A model generated the notes under the pieces. The model was given only the letters and a program-made list of their open reading frames with translations, made no database searches and was not told the origin of the DNA. Shown in pieces: positions 13,101-25,839 of a stretch of DNA of 64,000 bases. Source of the stretch: Phoronis australis. Lineage: Eukaryota; Animalia; Phoronida. The translations under genes and the position numbers were made by a program. Position 1 is the stretch's first letter. Each line of letters starts with the position of its first letter. The stretch covers positions 227,472 through 291,471 of the forward strand of contig NMRA01000060.1 in NCBI GenBank assembly GCA_002633005.1, in the 5' to 3' direction.

Positions 13101-14397
13101 AAACCGCCATCAAGCCTTTGATGTGCCAAGGAATTTGATGGCTGGGTAAACAGTGCATGCTTTCTAATCCATTTGCTTGCAAATCCTGTTAGCGTAAGAT
13201 TTGCCTAAAGTAAATGCACAAATCAACAGCCTGTAATGGTTCTAAGAATGAACTGTGGGTTACTGGGAGTTCCCCTTCTAATCTGGGTGACATGTACACT
13301 TATCACTTTCATTTTTTCAGTTAACTGATCAGTAGGTCTGAATTAGCAAGGGGAATAACAGCTATTGTCTTTCCAAGAACTACTTTTCAAAGTGTATTCT
13401 TAATTAAACAATGAAGAAAGTAATATGCTAAGTTGCTTGTTACCTTTAAAGGGCTGGCGATTTGGAATCATTGGTGCGTGAGGTCAAAGGTCAGCTAAAG
13501 AAGGTGGGAATCACAGGCTCGTCAAGGATCGATGATCTCTTCCTGAAGTTTGACGCTGATCGGCAAGGCTTCATCGACAAGGAGCGACTGAAGGACAGAT
13601 GCAGGCAGCTCCAACTTCCTGTTGATGATGATGTCATGGATGCAGTAAGTGTCTGATGGGTGGAGCCCTCTTGTAGACTAATTTCTTTCAAATACATTTT
13701 GTCAAAAGTCTGAGTAATCGTTCTTCAGGATTATGAAGTTATTGTTTTGTTGTTGTTTTTTTTGTTAATCGTAACCTCCAATTGTTATTTTTTTATCATT
13801 CATATTGAGTCCATTCAATATTTTGATTGGATCTGCAGGGTCAATGTAACGTAACATGCTGGCATGGGGATTAGTTACACTAAGTCTTGGTCATTCTTTT
13901 TTGTAATATCACATAGGGTTCAACCCCAAAACAATGATTTTAAAAGTTTGGTGGTTTCAAAAACAGTGAATTAGTGAAAATTTGTGTATCTTTCATTGAA
14001 GTTATGGTGAAACACCTAAACCTAAACTCTAATCGTTTGCAAAATTTGTCCTCCAAAATTTCTACTTTCGACGTCAAGAAGAGGTTGTCAACTTTTTAAC
14101 CATACAGACAAACCGTATTACACTGAACCCTCCCATGACTTGCCTCAAGTTTGCTGTAACCAACAGTGCAGTTGGCTTAGGACTTGTGGTGGACGGGAAC
14201 CTTATGAACGAGCAAAGAGAGCAAAAAAGGAACGTTAGACCGCTGATTGATTGTATATGTTTGAAAACCAATATTCGAGAAATTTACGGCTGACTAATCA
14301 AAACTCTGTTTTATTTCAGTTGATGTCACAGTGTACTACCAACGAGAACGGACATATCAGTTTAGAGGACTTCAGAAGGTTCATTGAGAGTGCATAA
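7189..14397 (+). CDS. EFHC1: EF-hand domain-containing protein 1 (myoclonin-1/Rib72; three DM10 domains + C-terminal EF-hand), 9 exons, 640 aa
   Basis: Exons 7189-7236, 8107-8328, 9334-9484, 10306-10442, 10917-11144, 11684-12025, 12215-12738, 13452-13644, 14320-14397. All introns are GT-AG with compatible phases; total 1923 nt. Hallmarks: [98 protein letters not shown]-hand [12 protein letters not shown]. Confidence 0.96.
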
Positions 14398-14708
14398 ACA
14401 GCTGGAAGACAACTGATGGTGGTTTTGTGAAATAGAGAAACCTCGTTGTTTGAAACCTTTGCAAGACTGATTGAACAAATTGCTAAACCATTAGTGCACC
14501 GTTGGAGTAGTACGTTGGAGTAGTACGTTGGTCAATCTGGCACCACGCATTAATGACTGTGTTGTGAAATTGGGCCATAAAACAATGTTAAGTTATTCTA
14601 TAGAAGTCATCTGGGAGCATGACGTGCACAGTTATACCTAACTAGCAAACCTGTTGTTTCAACTATCACATTGCTATATGGTATTGTTTGTAAATACTAT
14701 GACTGTAT

Positions 14709-14714
14709 AATAAA
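14709..14714 (+). terminator. Candidate EFHC1 polyadenylation signal
   Basis: AATAAA ~310 nt after the stop codon, followed by T-rich sequence. Confidence 0.5.
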
Positions 14715-14797
14715 GTATAATTTGTTTTATGAAATTTGTGAACATTCTACACGCATTTTCTTTCTAGTGAGTCTTCTTTTCCATGGGAATTGATCAG

Positions 14798-15042
14798 CAT
14801 TGGTCCACTCCATTAAAACATTGGCCTTCTCCATTAAAACATTGGTCCACTCCATTAGAATATGGGCCCACTCCATTAAAACATTGGTCCACTCTATTAA
14901 AACATTGGTCCACTTCATTAAAACATTGGTCCACTCCATTAAAGCATTGGCTCACTCCATTAATACATTTTTCCACTCCATTAAAACATTGGTCCACTCT
15001 ATTCAAACATTGGTCCACTCCATTAAAACATTGGTCCACTAT
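14798..15042 (+). repeat. 21-bp minisatellite, ~11.5 copies
   Basis: CATTGGTCCACTCCATTAAAA units. They generate the spurious 7-aa-repeat ORFs in the ORF track. Confidence 0.92.
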
Positions 15043-15289
15043 TCCAATGTCTGATAGGTCAGATAAAATACTTGTTTGACAATTGGATGAATGTTTAGGG
15101 ATATAATGGAAACGTTTCTAAGTAACCACCAGTCCCTGTTCTTTAGCTAGTTTTAATAAACATGGGTCCTTTGTACTTTTCAGTAGTATCCTCAGATCAA
15201 CTGACCTAGAAAGTTCTCTTTCACAGGTCTTTTACTGCAGTTGCGATTGCCCATTGCGATTACTCATTGAGGAAGTCCTGAGGTTGCCC

Positions 15290-15448
15290 CGTGGCGGATT
15301 TAGAAGGGAGCCATGCCCACCCACTTCCTAAAACTCTCCCAGATTCCATTTGGCAATTTAGGGGTAAGAATGTCTGAAGGGCAAAATCCTGGATAATACT
15401 TTGCCCTGCCCCCTCCCCAACAACACAAAATCCTGGATCCGCCCCTGG
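15290..15448. mobile_element. Short GTGGCGGAT...GATCCGCCCCTG MITE (hAT-like); related ends at ~37967, ~38900 and ~41495
   Basis: GTGGCGGATTTAG at 15291 and CTGGATCCGCCCCTG ending 15448 are inverted ends. CAGTGGCGGATCTAGGATA (37967) and CAGCGTCGGATCTAGGATA (41494) are family members. Confidence 0.5.
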
Positions 15449-15499
15449 TGCCTATTGTAAAATGACACCATAGACATAACACAAATTGTTTCCACCTTT

Positions 15500-15990
15500 A
15501 AGGTTATGTAGGACCCTCGAAAATGGTCAAATTTGGCAAACTTCGTTTCATCTTATCTCAGAAATACCTGATGGGATTTGCATGAAACTGTCGCCATGTG
15601 AATTGTTCTCCAAAACGCGGTTGGCAATTGTTTTGAAAATTGCCAGCTTTCGCATGAGGGGCTATCAATTATGACAAAACTCGAAAGTTGCAGAAAACGA
15701 AAACGAAATGATAATTTAGAAAACTGCAACAGCACTTTGGAGAATTCATCGTGAACATTTAGATCGAACGAAATTTGGCATGGTTATAGGTACCGTTGTT
15801 TTCTATGGATGTACCTTAAAGTTTTTTTACTAACTTTTACTAAAAAGTCATGGTCACGTGACCCAATTAGTAGCAGATTGGTATAAAGTCAAAAATCAAA
15901 TTTTACAGGCTTTCTACTTTCAAAAAATGAATTCCAATACTGTATTTGCCTAAATACACCCATAAGTCTGAAAAAGGTCCTGTATAACCT
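15500..15990 (+). mobile_element. ~490-bp TTAA-type (Kolobok-like) non-autonomous element
   Basis: TTAAGGTTATGTAGGACC left end and GGTCCTGTATAACCT right end. Related copies at 19948-20372 and ~22340-22694. Confidence 0.6.
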
Positions 15991-16756
15991 CGACAATATA
16001 TTTCGAACTCCCCAGATCTTCTTTACATCCCTCGCACCGATAAACGGCGGACTGCGTGAGGACCCAGAGGTCTGGAATGGTCATTCCCAGACAATCGTGA
16101 TCTGCTCCACGCAAAGACCTTAAAGTCATTTTTCTTGGCGAGGTCTTGTCAAACAATTGTTGTTTATACTTTCACTTTTTCCATATTCCGTACCACGATT
16201 AGNAAATGTTTTTAAATCAAAAAATTGAAAATATTTATTTTAAAAATGTCGTGACTATGCAACATACTAGAATCACAGATGCAAATTCAAACTCCGTCAA
16301 TTGTCAACACAACCCCACTTCGAGAAAACACTTGACAGCTACATTCGCTCAACAGGCTGAATTGTTTAGATAACACGTTTTGCGCCAGGGGAAATTAAAA
16401 CCGCATGATGAAAATTTATTGATGGATTTACGAGCAACAGTTTTGTACCGTAAATAGTATAGATTTATTGCTCGTGCGTTGATCGTGAGCAACGGAAACA
16501 TGCATCGGGGACGCAGAAAAGGGGGAAAAGCAAAAGACGTAAATTCACTTAACAGTGCTACGATGCCATTCTCATTTGTGTGCAATAGGAATTTTTATTT
16601 TGGGTCGATACGGCAGAAAATAGAAATCTGTTTTCATTTGCGTATCTCCTGGACTTCACATTTGCGTATCACCTTGACTTCACTTATTTTCATTCAATTG
16701 TCTGCTTGCTGGGGATTTTGAATGTATGGATACGACTAGACGGCTATCCAAAGGCT

Positions 16757-19700
16757 TTAAACGCAAATTGGACAGCAGTGTCCTCTTCTAAATTGGCGTC
16801 TTTGTCCTTTTGGGCATGGCTTCATCAGACAAGGTTCCAAGCGGCATTTTGCTCGTTCGTCAGAAGACCCCCACCAGCTGCTTCGGTCACACGTACATTT
16901 CGTGCAGGGATCAATTTGAACTGTTTGTCCTTCTTTGACCACGACACCGTTTGGAGCCCGACAATTCGGTCCTGGAACAAAGATAAAAAATCGTTTCCAT
17001 TCTGCTGATCACTTTGACGACCAACAATACGCTCTCAAAATTTTTTCGCTTAATACGTACCATCACACTACGTAGACGAAATACATCGTTGGTCAAATAG
17101 GTGAACGTTACGCACATAAATTACGAGCGTAAGTTAACTCTTGTTAGGGGTGTGAAATAATTATTAAGGGCGTGCGTTAATTATTTGCTGCATAAATTAA
17201 CAATACACTTGCGAAAACGCTATCAAGTCTGCGAAATATCGCCATGTATTAGAAACGAAGCACGTGATTACAATGGTTAACTTTCTCACGAGATTCTGGC
17301 GTCTACGGATATCAACCCAGAAGAATTAAACACAGGGCACATGAGCGCAACCAGCCTAAAAATGGGGAACTTGAATTTTTGAGAATGTGGACTTTTTACT
17401 AAGAATTGTGCATTCGCCGAATTTTGGTAGTTCCTGCCTTTTTAGTGGACTGGGACCATTTTACAAAGAACGAGGGGCCAAACACACTGAGATGAGTTTT
17501 GATCGGAAGGAGTACTTTTTTTTAAATGAGTCTCGCACTGTGTAGAAATGTAGCCTTCCTATAGCGATGAAGAAAACTAAAGTACCTAGACTATATTCCT
17601 CGGATCCTGGTGAGACTGGGATGTACATACGATCTGTGAAAATGGCTACATAGTTCTTAAAAGGTTCTACGCCGTGATCTTTCGCACATCTTGGTATGCA
17701 CGTCCGATTTTTGCATAAATCATGAGTGGTTTATTTCACGAGATCTTTCGGAGGCAACTTGAAAAGCGGAGAAACTCCAATACGTAGGATATGATTTGCC
17801 TCGGGATTAGCTCTGTAGCTAATTGTGACGTTTCGACGTATCATCCTTTGGCTAAAACATTGGATCATTCAGGCGCCAATAGCCACTTACTTGCTTTATT
17901 ATTTGACACATTAAATGGTATCCAATTTCTCATTGGAGGCGGAGTGAAGTTGTACAAGTCGCATGACTTTAGAGCAATTTGTCTTGAAGTTATCCAGAAA
18001 AGAGATAACATTACTTTGACACAATACTCATCCTGCCAGCATATTGACCTTTGATCAAATTAGTGATAGTAATTAGTTTGACAGATAATTAACAGATCCT
18101 CCACGTTTTATATGAATAGGAATACGAGATTTTGTTAAACATGTTGTGGGAATATTTTAATGTACAGTAGTATCTTAGTTACCATGGGAATCTTAAGGCT
18201 CTCTCGCTACTAAACAAGTAGCCAACACCCATTTAGTTTTTCATGCACACTGATTTTTTCAACGTCAGTTACATCAACAATGATACAATTTATGGGTACT
18301 GTCTTCTTTGGATCATTTCATTATCAATTTTACGAAGATAACTTATTATTCTCTGGCATAAAATCATGATTACTGCGCAGTTTTGTTAAATATTTTTCTA
18401 AAAAATGTGAGTTAATTTTATATTTTGATGAAAATCCTATATTTTGGATTAATCAGCGTCTATGAGCTTTGGTCGACATTAACTAATTACTTCCGACGCT
18501 ATACTACGTGTTCATTTGTTATGGCAGTGGCGTACGTTTATTATCTCAAAACAAAAAGAAAACCGACGAGCAATTAAGGCCCAGCCTTTCAGGCAACTCA
18601 AAAGTACTGCTGTGGGAAATGTCTTTTTGTTCGTCAATCACACAAACTGTTTATGACACATGTTTCTTACTGCTCCACTTAACGTTTTGGCAATGTTTTA
18701 TGTCACTGGAATAGAGCGATGCGTTTGTTTATTTTATAAACTAATTACCCGATAAGATGTTTACTCAAAAGTGATTCATGTTGCATCACTCCTAAATACA
18801 ATTCGTCAGACAGTGCCCTTCCTTTGACCTATGACCCTCGAGAAACACAGACAGTAAACAAGGCAACACGAAGAAGATGGCAAGTTAGCTACGTCATTGA
18901 TTTCACCCTCCACCAATTTCACCACTTTCAGACCGTCACCAATTTCTCGCCATCATTATTTCTTATACTGAGTTATGAATAAAAATTCAAATACCTCCAC
19001 ACACCGTATCACCCCCCCCCCCTTTCTGATGGCCTTGTTTTAAGTCATTTTTCGAACCCGTTGCAAAATTCTCCAGGTGGCGTCATTTTCTGATAAAAAG
19101 GGGCAGATTATTCCTAGAAAATTTTTCAGTTGTGAAGATTTCATCATTCGCAGTTTTCTGAATAGAGGCGCGCGGTTGCATATAGGTCATAAGTCGTCAA
19201 CTTCAAATTGGAGGGTTCCCGATTGCAGAATTATACAAACACTAATTCGTTTAAAAAGAAACTTTGGAATTGTGCAGAATTCCAAGTAACAAATCGTTGT
19301 TTACAGTTCCGAGGATGCTCTGTTGGTGAGAAAATTTCGTCCGTTTCTTTGTGCAGCCTAAAACTCAAGTGCATGTAAACAATACGTGGTAGTACTCGTG
19401 TGTCGGCACTGTATTTATTGGTACGCATATTAATTTTCATTGGGCATTAGTCAAGAGGTGCGAGATACTCAGAATCACGCAAAACTTCGATAAAACGGTG
19501 AAGAGTGAATGTTTTGCGAGTGCGAGTATCCTCTAAGCTATATTAGCACTAAGTAGCTCAGATACAATGCTTTCTGGGTCTGTATATTTATTGTACAGAC
19601 TATTTGATAATAAACATTAAAAACCCTGATTAGCAAAAATGGCCGCTACTGGTGGGCGGCTAAGACTAGAATGTTGAACCCCAAAAGTGAGGATTTATTG

Positions 19701-21925
19701 CCAAATGTGTTTGACGAATGTCTTGCGTATACGGAACGCACTCCAGCTAAAACACGTTCACTGGCACGTCTCGTAGCTGGCGGTCGCTGAGTGACTGATT
19801 TATTCGTCCAAAGTGTTAGTCACTTATTCAGTAGACCCGGTCCACTACCAAATTTTTGGGCGTTGACGAGAGCATCGGAGCACTGTTTTGTTTCAAAGAT
19901 TTACTTAATATCTGTCGACATACAAAAACACGATTTAATATCCTTTTAAGGTTATGTAGAACCTCATTAACAAGCCCGTGTATTTAGCCTAGACTAACAA
20001 GACTGTAGATTTTAGTTTAGTGAAAGCATATTTATTTTCTGAAAGCAGAAAGCTCGTGGAATTTCAATGATGACATTTCATCAATTTGCTATTGTTTGGG
20101 TCGCGTGACCATGAATTTGGCAAAAATCATAAAAGTTCATTGATAGCTGTAGTGAGACGTTATTTGACCTGTCTCACCTTGACCACGGAACTTAGTCTAA
20201 GATGTAAGGTGCGACACCTTTTGGAAATCACTACATCGCAAAACAACTGTATCAATTACTCCATTTGATGGAAATGTTCAATAGTATCTCAAAGTTTCAT
20301 GTGAATCCGAACAGCCGATATGATCTTCGAAGTTGGACAAATTTGAACATTTTTAGGGTCCTACATAAATTTGAACTGAATACTTTCCAGGTTTTTGCCA
20401 AATGCGGCGTAATTTCGGAGATTAAATTCACATAGAAGGACGTTTGCGATAGCGTATCTGATAGCAAAAATAGTTGTTAGATTCCTGTTGGTCCCTGCTA
20501 TACAACAGCGTAAAATGTTGAGTCCTAATTTATCTACTAAAAAACAAAAACGGCAAATTGATGCCGCTCAGTAACATTGTACTGGAACACTGTTTTTCAT
20601 CTAACGTAAATGGCACAGACAAAGATGCCAGGCAATACAGGCAATTGGGTCAATAAAAACAACAAAATGGCACTTCTTGTGCCAACAAAGTCTTAATTGA
20701 CCAGCCACACCAGCCGGGATTAGCCCCGTCCTAAAATTTGGATCTAACGCGGGCAGAGGAAGGAACATAACGGGCAATCTTGCCAAAAACATGCATTGAG
20801 TGTGACGCCGTCCTGCGGAGTTTTTACAAAGTCAGATTGCAACAATTTTTTATGTTATTTAGTTACCATTCGGTCTTAGTGCATTTTGTTATAATTCTTG
20901 AAAACGTAACGGTGAAAACTACCAAGGTATGTGTAACCAAGGTAACAAGCATATAACACTGTAGTGAACTTTTCGATTAGTAACATGTTGAAAATATTGT
21001 ACCTACGTTTCACAACCTTTCAAGGCGTAAACATCTTTAACCGATAATTTTGTTTTATCTGTGTTGTCGTGACGTTGTATAACAATGCATAACAAGATAA
21101 CATTCTCTATTAAACAAATTATACTTGCACCATTTTGTTCCCGACTTCAGCTCGTTTTGAATTTCACGAACGTTAAAAATTCCCATGAAATATCTGAAAA
21201 TTCGAGAAATTCTTCAATTGGTCTCTTTTCACGATCACAGACATAAATGTAATTGAATGGACAATTGGGTCATCTCTGTTCTGAATATCAAAATGGTCGT
21301 GCGTCTTTCTGATAGTTCCATTCGGTAATAGTTGATTAAAGGGGATTTGAGAACAAGTCAGTACTACAGGATAACAGGCGTTATCCAGCGGGAGTATCTG
21401 GTCCTCAAATCACTTAAATCAGGGACCCACCTAACCGGATAGCACAGACTGACTGATAGACTTACCGTCCCGACAAACTGGACAGCATCTATCCTTCTGA
21501 TGCACGGGGTTGACACAACGTAGCGTCGGGCACTTAACCATAACACAAACAGTTGCTATGGAATTCTTCGGACAATAACAATGTTCACAAACGTTCCCAG
21601 GAATCAGAGCTCCGAATGGGTATACTTTGTCGTCGGAATGTCTGCACCCATACTCGGCACAGAAGCCGCAACACTCGTCGTCCGATTTCTTCAGACTAAG
21701 ACAATTCGGCTCCCAGTTACAATCCTCAATGAAGCATTTTGGCGGCCCTCCATCTTTTGGGCAGTGACAGGTGGTGCAGGGGTCGGGTTTAAATTTACTA
21801 CTGGCTTTGTACGTTACATTGTTGTATACACATCCTTTAGACGCTTCCTCGAACGTGATTACAGGAGATGTCAATGAATTATCAACACAAAACGAGACCA
21901 CCACCAACACGAATATCAAAAGCAT
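16757..21925 (-). CDS. Secreted von Willebrand factor type C domain protein, VWC2/VWC2L (brorin)-like, three VWC modules, 224 aa, 2 coding exons
   Basis: Exon 1 21925-21466: signal peptide MLLIFVLVVVSFC, CVYNNVTY..FKPDPCTTCHC..ECCGFC, CEHCYC..CCPVCRDG, donor GTAAGT. Exon 2 16971-16757: acceptor TTCCAG, GPNC..DPCTKCTC..GHCCPICV*. The phase-1 join gives CCPVCRDGPNC, matching the VWC2-family CCPxCKNGPNC motif. Confidence 0.88.
19948..20372 (-). mobile_element. TTAA-type (Kolobok-like) non-autonomous element in the VWC gene intron
   Basis: TTAAGGTTATGTAGAACC ... GGGTCCTACATAAATT. The reverse complement of its right end matches the start of the 15500 element (GTAGGACCCT..AAATG.TCAAATTTG..AACTTCG). 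Confidence 0.55.
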
Positions 21926-22339
21926 ATCCCCGGCTAATCCGCTGCTTCACAACTTCCGCTATAATTACTTGTATTAGTATTCGATCGCCTACTGTATGAT
22001 AAAACCGACAATATAACACAAGACCCAAACGCTAGAGTAGACCTTAGTTGAAACAATATTGTCTGTCTCCACAATGATCAATGATCTCTCATGTTTTCGA
22101 TTTAAATTTCCCCTTATCACGTTTGTTTATATGCAGTGTGGAACTATGATTGGGCACGGAGATTCAGAAGCTAAAAGCCCGGATGTTTTGACAGGTCCTG
22201 AGTGGGTGAAGCTTTCCAGTTGGTCTGACATGAAGCACAAAAGCCACCTATCTTGGTGAAATAGAATTCCATTCTAATTCATTCAGAACGTCTTGTTATC
22301 GCTTAAGATTTTAATATTAGGTTAAGTATTATTGTTAAC

Positions 22340-22694
22340 GTATGAATTTTCCAGATCATAACTGCAATTGTTTAAAGTACTTTGGCAAAACAACGCTATC
22401 AACAACAAGACCAAATTTCGTTCGGTATCGATAAATGTTCAAGATGAAATCTCAAACATTTTATCATTTTGTTTTCGTTTTATTCAGCGATTGATTTTTT
22501 TTTTCTTAAAAATCATGTAAGTCCTATTTTTGTTAGCCCCTCGTGCAAAAGTGGAAGGTTTTTAAAACACTTCCCAACATGGTCTTAGATAAGAGTGAAT
22601 AAAACATGGCATCGGAAAGTTTCATATAAAATCGATCAGCCATTTTTCCGAAGTTTGCCAAATTCTGTCATTTTTCGACGGTACCTCATAACCT
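22340..22694 (-). mobile_element. Partial copy of the 15500 TTAA-type element family
   Basis: CGAAGTTTGCCAAATT..CATTTTTCGA.GGT..C.CATAACCTT and CCAAATTTCGTTCG..AAATGTTCA.GATGAA are reverse complements of blocks in 15500-15790. Confidence 0.55.
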
Positions 22695-24000
22695 TCCGTG
22701 ACAACAGCAAGCAGCTAAAGTGGTCCCCATTGATTCAAGTGATAAGCGAGCGAGGCTGTAATGTAGAATTATTGGAGAATTTATTTTACGTTTACTGGCA
22801 CCAAGCGAGTGTTTCGCAAATGTGTTGAGTTTTTGGAACACAGTCGAGCATTTCTTGTTGTGCAAGACCACGCAAAATCACCTGTGTGAAGAGCGAGTGT
22901 AGCGAGAGTAAGTTCACGACCGCAGCCCTATGAGTGGCAATGGTGAGCCTGGCTGAAATGATTGGTCGGCGAAGCTGTAATGTTGAATTTTGGGAAAAAT
23001 TTCAGTTTCCGCTCCATATAGGCCGATATTTCTTGTCAGTCTGTAGCGAGTCCACTTGCGTAGCTCTGGCTTGTGTTCCGTAGTTTCTCGAAACTCGCAA
23101 AAAGCACAAGAATTCGCGAGATATCGCCATGCATGCAAGGCGAAGCACGTGATCGCACAAGCTTTTTCAGTTGCGACCCTCCTAGATCTAGGGAACGCAG
23201 CCCTGGTCAGTACATCCATGTTAGCACGTCGCACTCGACACTGGCACCCCACAAGAATCAAATCATCTGGCGAATACTCTTGCGTGTACGTCTGCATAGA
23301 AATACATCTTAACATATTTATCTTTTTCTGAAAAGCGTACAAAACGTACGCTGGGGATGGGGTTAACGACCGGTGTCTTCTTTTAAAGTTTTCTCAAAAC
23401 TGTCGATGGAAATTGGCTGAAAGTGGAGAGGCTAAATCGAAGTTTTGAAATAGGCTCAACCTTTATGAGGGGGTGTCTTCAAAAACAGTGGAAGATTCCT
23501 GGATTTTCCAGCAAACTATTAATCAGAACTTGACTGACCGTCGATACTAACGAGCTGGAAATCACAGGGCACGCAACATCTCGAACACTGTCATCGGCTT
23601 TCACTTTGGTGAACGAGCTGTTGAGATTACAGTCTCATGACAGAATTTCTAGATACGATGTTGGAACAAAAATATCTCGTTTTTCTATTTTTGTAGCAGC
23701 TATGATGTACCGCTATATCGCTATTTAATGAAGAGCTACCGTTAAACAAACATAATATGTTGAATTGTGGAATGTTATCTCAAAACCTATGTTATGACGG
23801 CAGCTGACTCGCATTCCGAAGACATTTGTGGTAGCAACCACCTCATGTTTTGCAAATGGAGAAAATGTTGCGGCCAGTAGGGGGCGATGCTGCCAAAAAT
23901 GGAATGCTGTAGTTCGTTTTGGGAAGAAAACGGCAAGAATAGAATAAGTTATGAAATGCGAATCGTTTTGCCCGAGATCCAGTTACTTTCATTGTAAAAA

Positions 24001-25320
24001 AGGAGAAGGCAACCTTTTTTCATGTCATTTTTAGCAAAAATAAGGTTCGTTGATTATCCCAGACATATTTTTCACTTATTTACTGCTTTTCGTAATTTAA
24101 TTAATTACCCGTCGTCTACTCCGGAAGTGACATTTTGGGAGGCAAGAATTTCGCGCCAATTTCTTTTCATATAGTCTGACTGTGAGAGCAGTCGAGTTAG
24201 TTATTGTTCTACCTCGGTTGTGATAAGTTCGGTCGTCGTTTGCTTTTGCTTACGAGTCAGTCAACATGCCACGCTGTTGCTGCGTACTGGGGTGTACTCA
24301 TTATAGTCTCACGTACAGAGGAAGAACTGTCACACTTGCCCGAGTGTCCCGCGACACTCACTGGAGGGTGATCTGAGCACCCAAACTGCTTACATCCCGC
24401 CGTGTGACTCCACCGCCACACACCTGGCACCTTCCAAATAGCTCCAATACAAGTCCAAAATAAACTTATCAAACTTAGGCTCACCGATCTGTTCATTGGA
24501 TGACGAACTGTCCTCTTCACTGGGTGTCGAACTGGGCCTGTATTCACTCCCACTACTCAACATCGCTACAGGGCTGCTCACAGGCTCTGGGCTAGAGACA
24601 ACAGCACAGGGCGAATCACTGCTAGTTCACGGAATTGCACACAATGGGGTACGTTCGGAGGCACGGGTGACAGTAGATGAAGTGCCTCCAGTCACTGTGG
24701 CCACAGCTCGTGAGGCTTCTCGTTTCAAAAACGCACTTGTCGGGGTTGGCGACGGGGCACTGCCGGGAATCAACAGCGACGGTATGGTACCCTTCTTCAG
24801 GCGTTGTTTCGCAGGGAACTTCTTCAATTCAGCGTACATATCTGTCATAATCTGACAGCAGAAAATGCTTGCCACACACTCGGTAACCCTCCATTGCTTT
24901 GTACGTTGCATGGACGGGTAGCGCTGCGTTCTTCACATGAACGAGCTAGTCAAGTACAGCGAAGTGTGTCGTCCTTCGGAAAGCGACGCAAGGTACCCAA
25001 AGCGCCTGTGAGACGATAATGAGTACATCCCGCCACGCAGCAACAGCGTGGCATGTTGACTGACTTGTAAACAAAAGCAAACTAAGCCCGAACTTATCAC
25101 AAACGAGGTAGAACAATGACTGACTCGACAGCTCTCACAGTCAGACTATAATGAAAAGAAATTGGCGCGAAACTCTTGCCTCCCAAAACGTCACATCCGG
25201 AGTACAGGTCGAGAAATTAATCAAATTACGGAAAGCTGTAATTAAGTTAAAAATGTGTCTGGGATAATCAACGAACCTTATTTTTGTTAAAAGTGACATG
25301 AAAATAGGTTGCCTTAGCCT
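24001..25320. mobile_element. Kolobok-like non-autonomous DNA transposon with ~310-bp TIRs and a decayed THAP-domain ORF
   Basis: Ends are AGGAGAAGGCAACC and GGTTGCCTTAGCCT followed by TTAA. Arms 24001-24312 and 25008-25320 are inverted copies. THAP motifs lie inside. Confidence 0.75.
24390..25054 (-). pseudogene. Disrupted THAP zinc-finger (transposase N-terminus)
   Basis: ATG at 25054: MPRCCCVAGC...RRFPKDDTLRCT* (TGA at the conserved W). After a frameshift: YRVCGKHFLLSDY. After another: RLKKGTIPSL (AVPTIF box), followed by an S/T/P-rich linker. Confidence 0.8.
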
Positions 25321-25839
25321 TTAATGGTTTACTCCGTACAATCCTGACATTTCAAAAGCCCCCCCCCCCGGTGCAGCGCGGAACCCTAAAGGTTATTTCT
25401 TTGATACTGCAAGTTAGCTTCTCTGATTACGCGTAATGAAATTATTGGCCGAATATAATTCATTAAGATTCATATTTACCCGATAGGTCCTTCAGTGGTC
25501 CGTTCATAAAATGTGAGTTAAGGCTGGCCTAGGCTCAAGACTAAAATTTTGTCTGCGTTAAAATCGAAACTAGGGCTTAGTTAAGGCTTAAAAAGTTTCG
25601 TGGAACTGGCCTTTGGACTTATTGACATGTTATATGTTAATAGACATAATGTTATTAGACTGGCAAACACTTTTCACTTCTACCAAAGAGTGCTCTAGAG
25701 TCACCGTCGTCAACCGTTACTTAATTTCTCTGGCTAGTCGTTGCCCAAAATTTCAATTCAATGGTGGGATGCGCAGCTAGAAACACATGTTGTCTGCAAG
25801 CGAGATTCTCATGAATTTTGAAAGCCGTGTGAGACTATC

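Noticed and set aside
14798-15042. CRISPR-like array or 7-aa repeat protein
   Set aside because: The 21-bp units are contiguous with no unique spacers and no cas genes, in eukaryotic context. ORFs open in several frames are a by-product of the minisatellite.
22914-23342. 142-aa minus-strand ORF
   Set aside because: No recognisable domain, and it overlaps a dispersed repeat also seen at ~17210-17310 and ~40370-40460.
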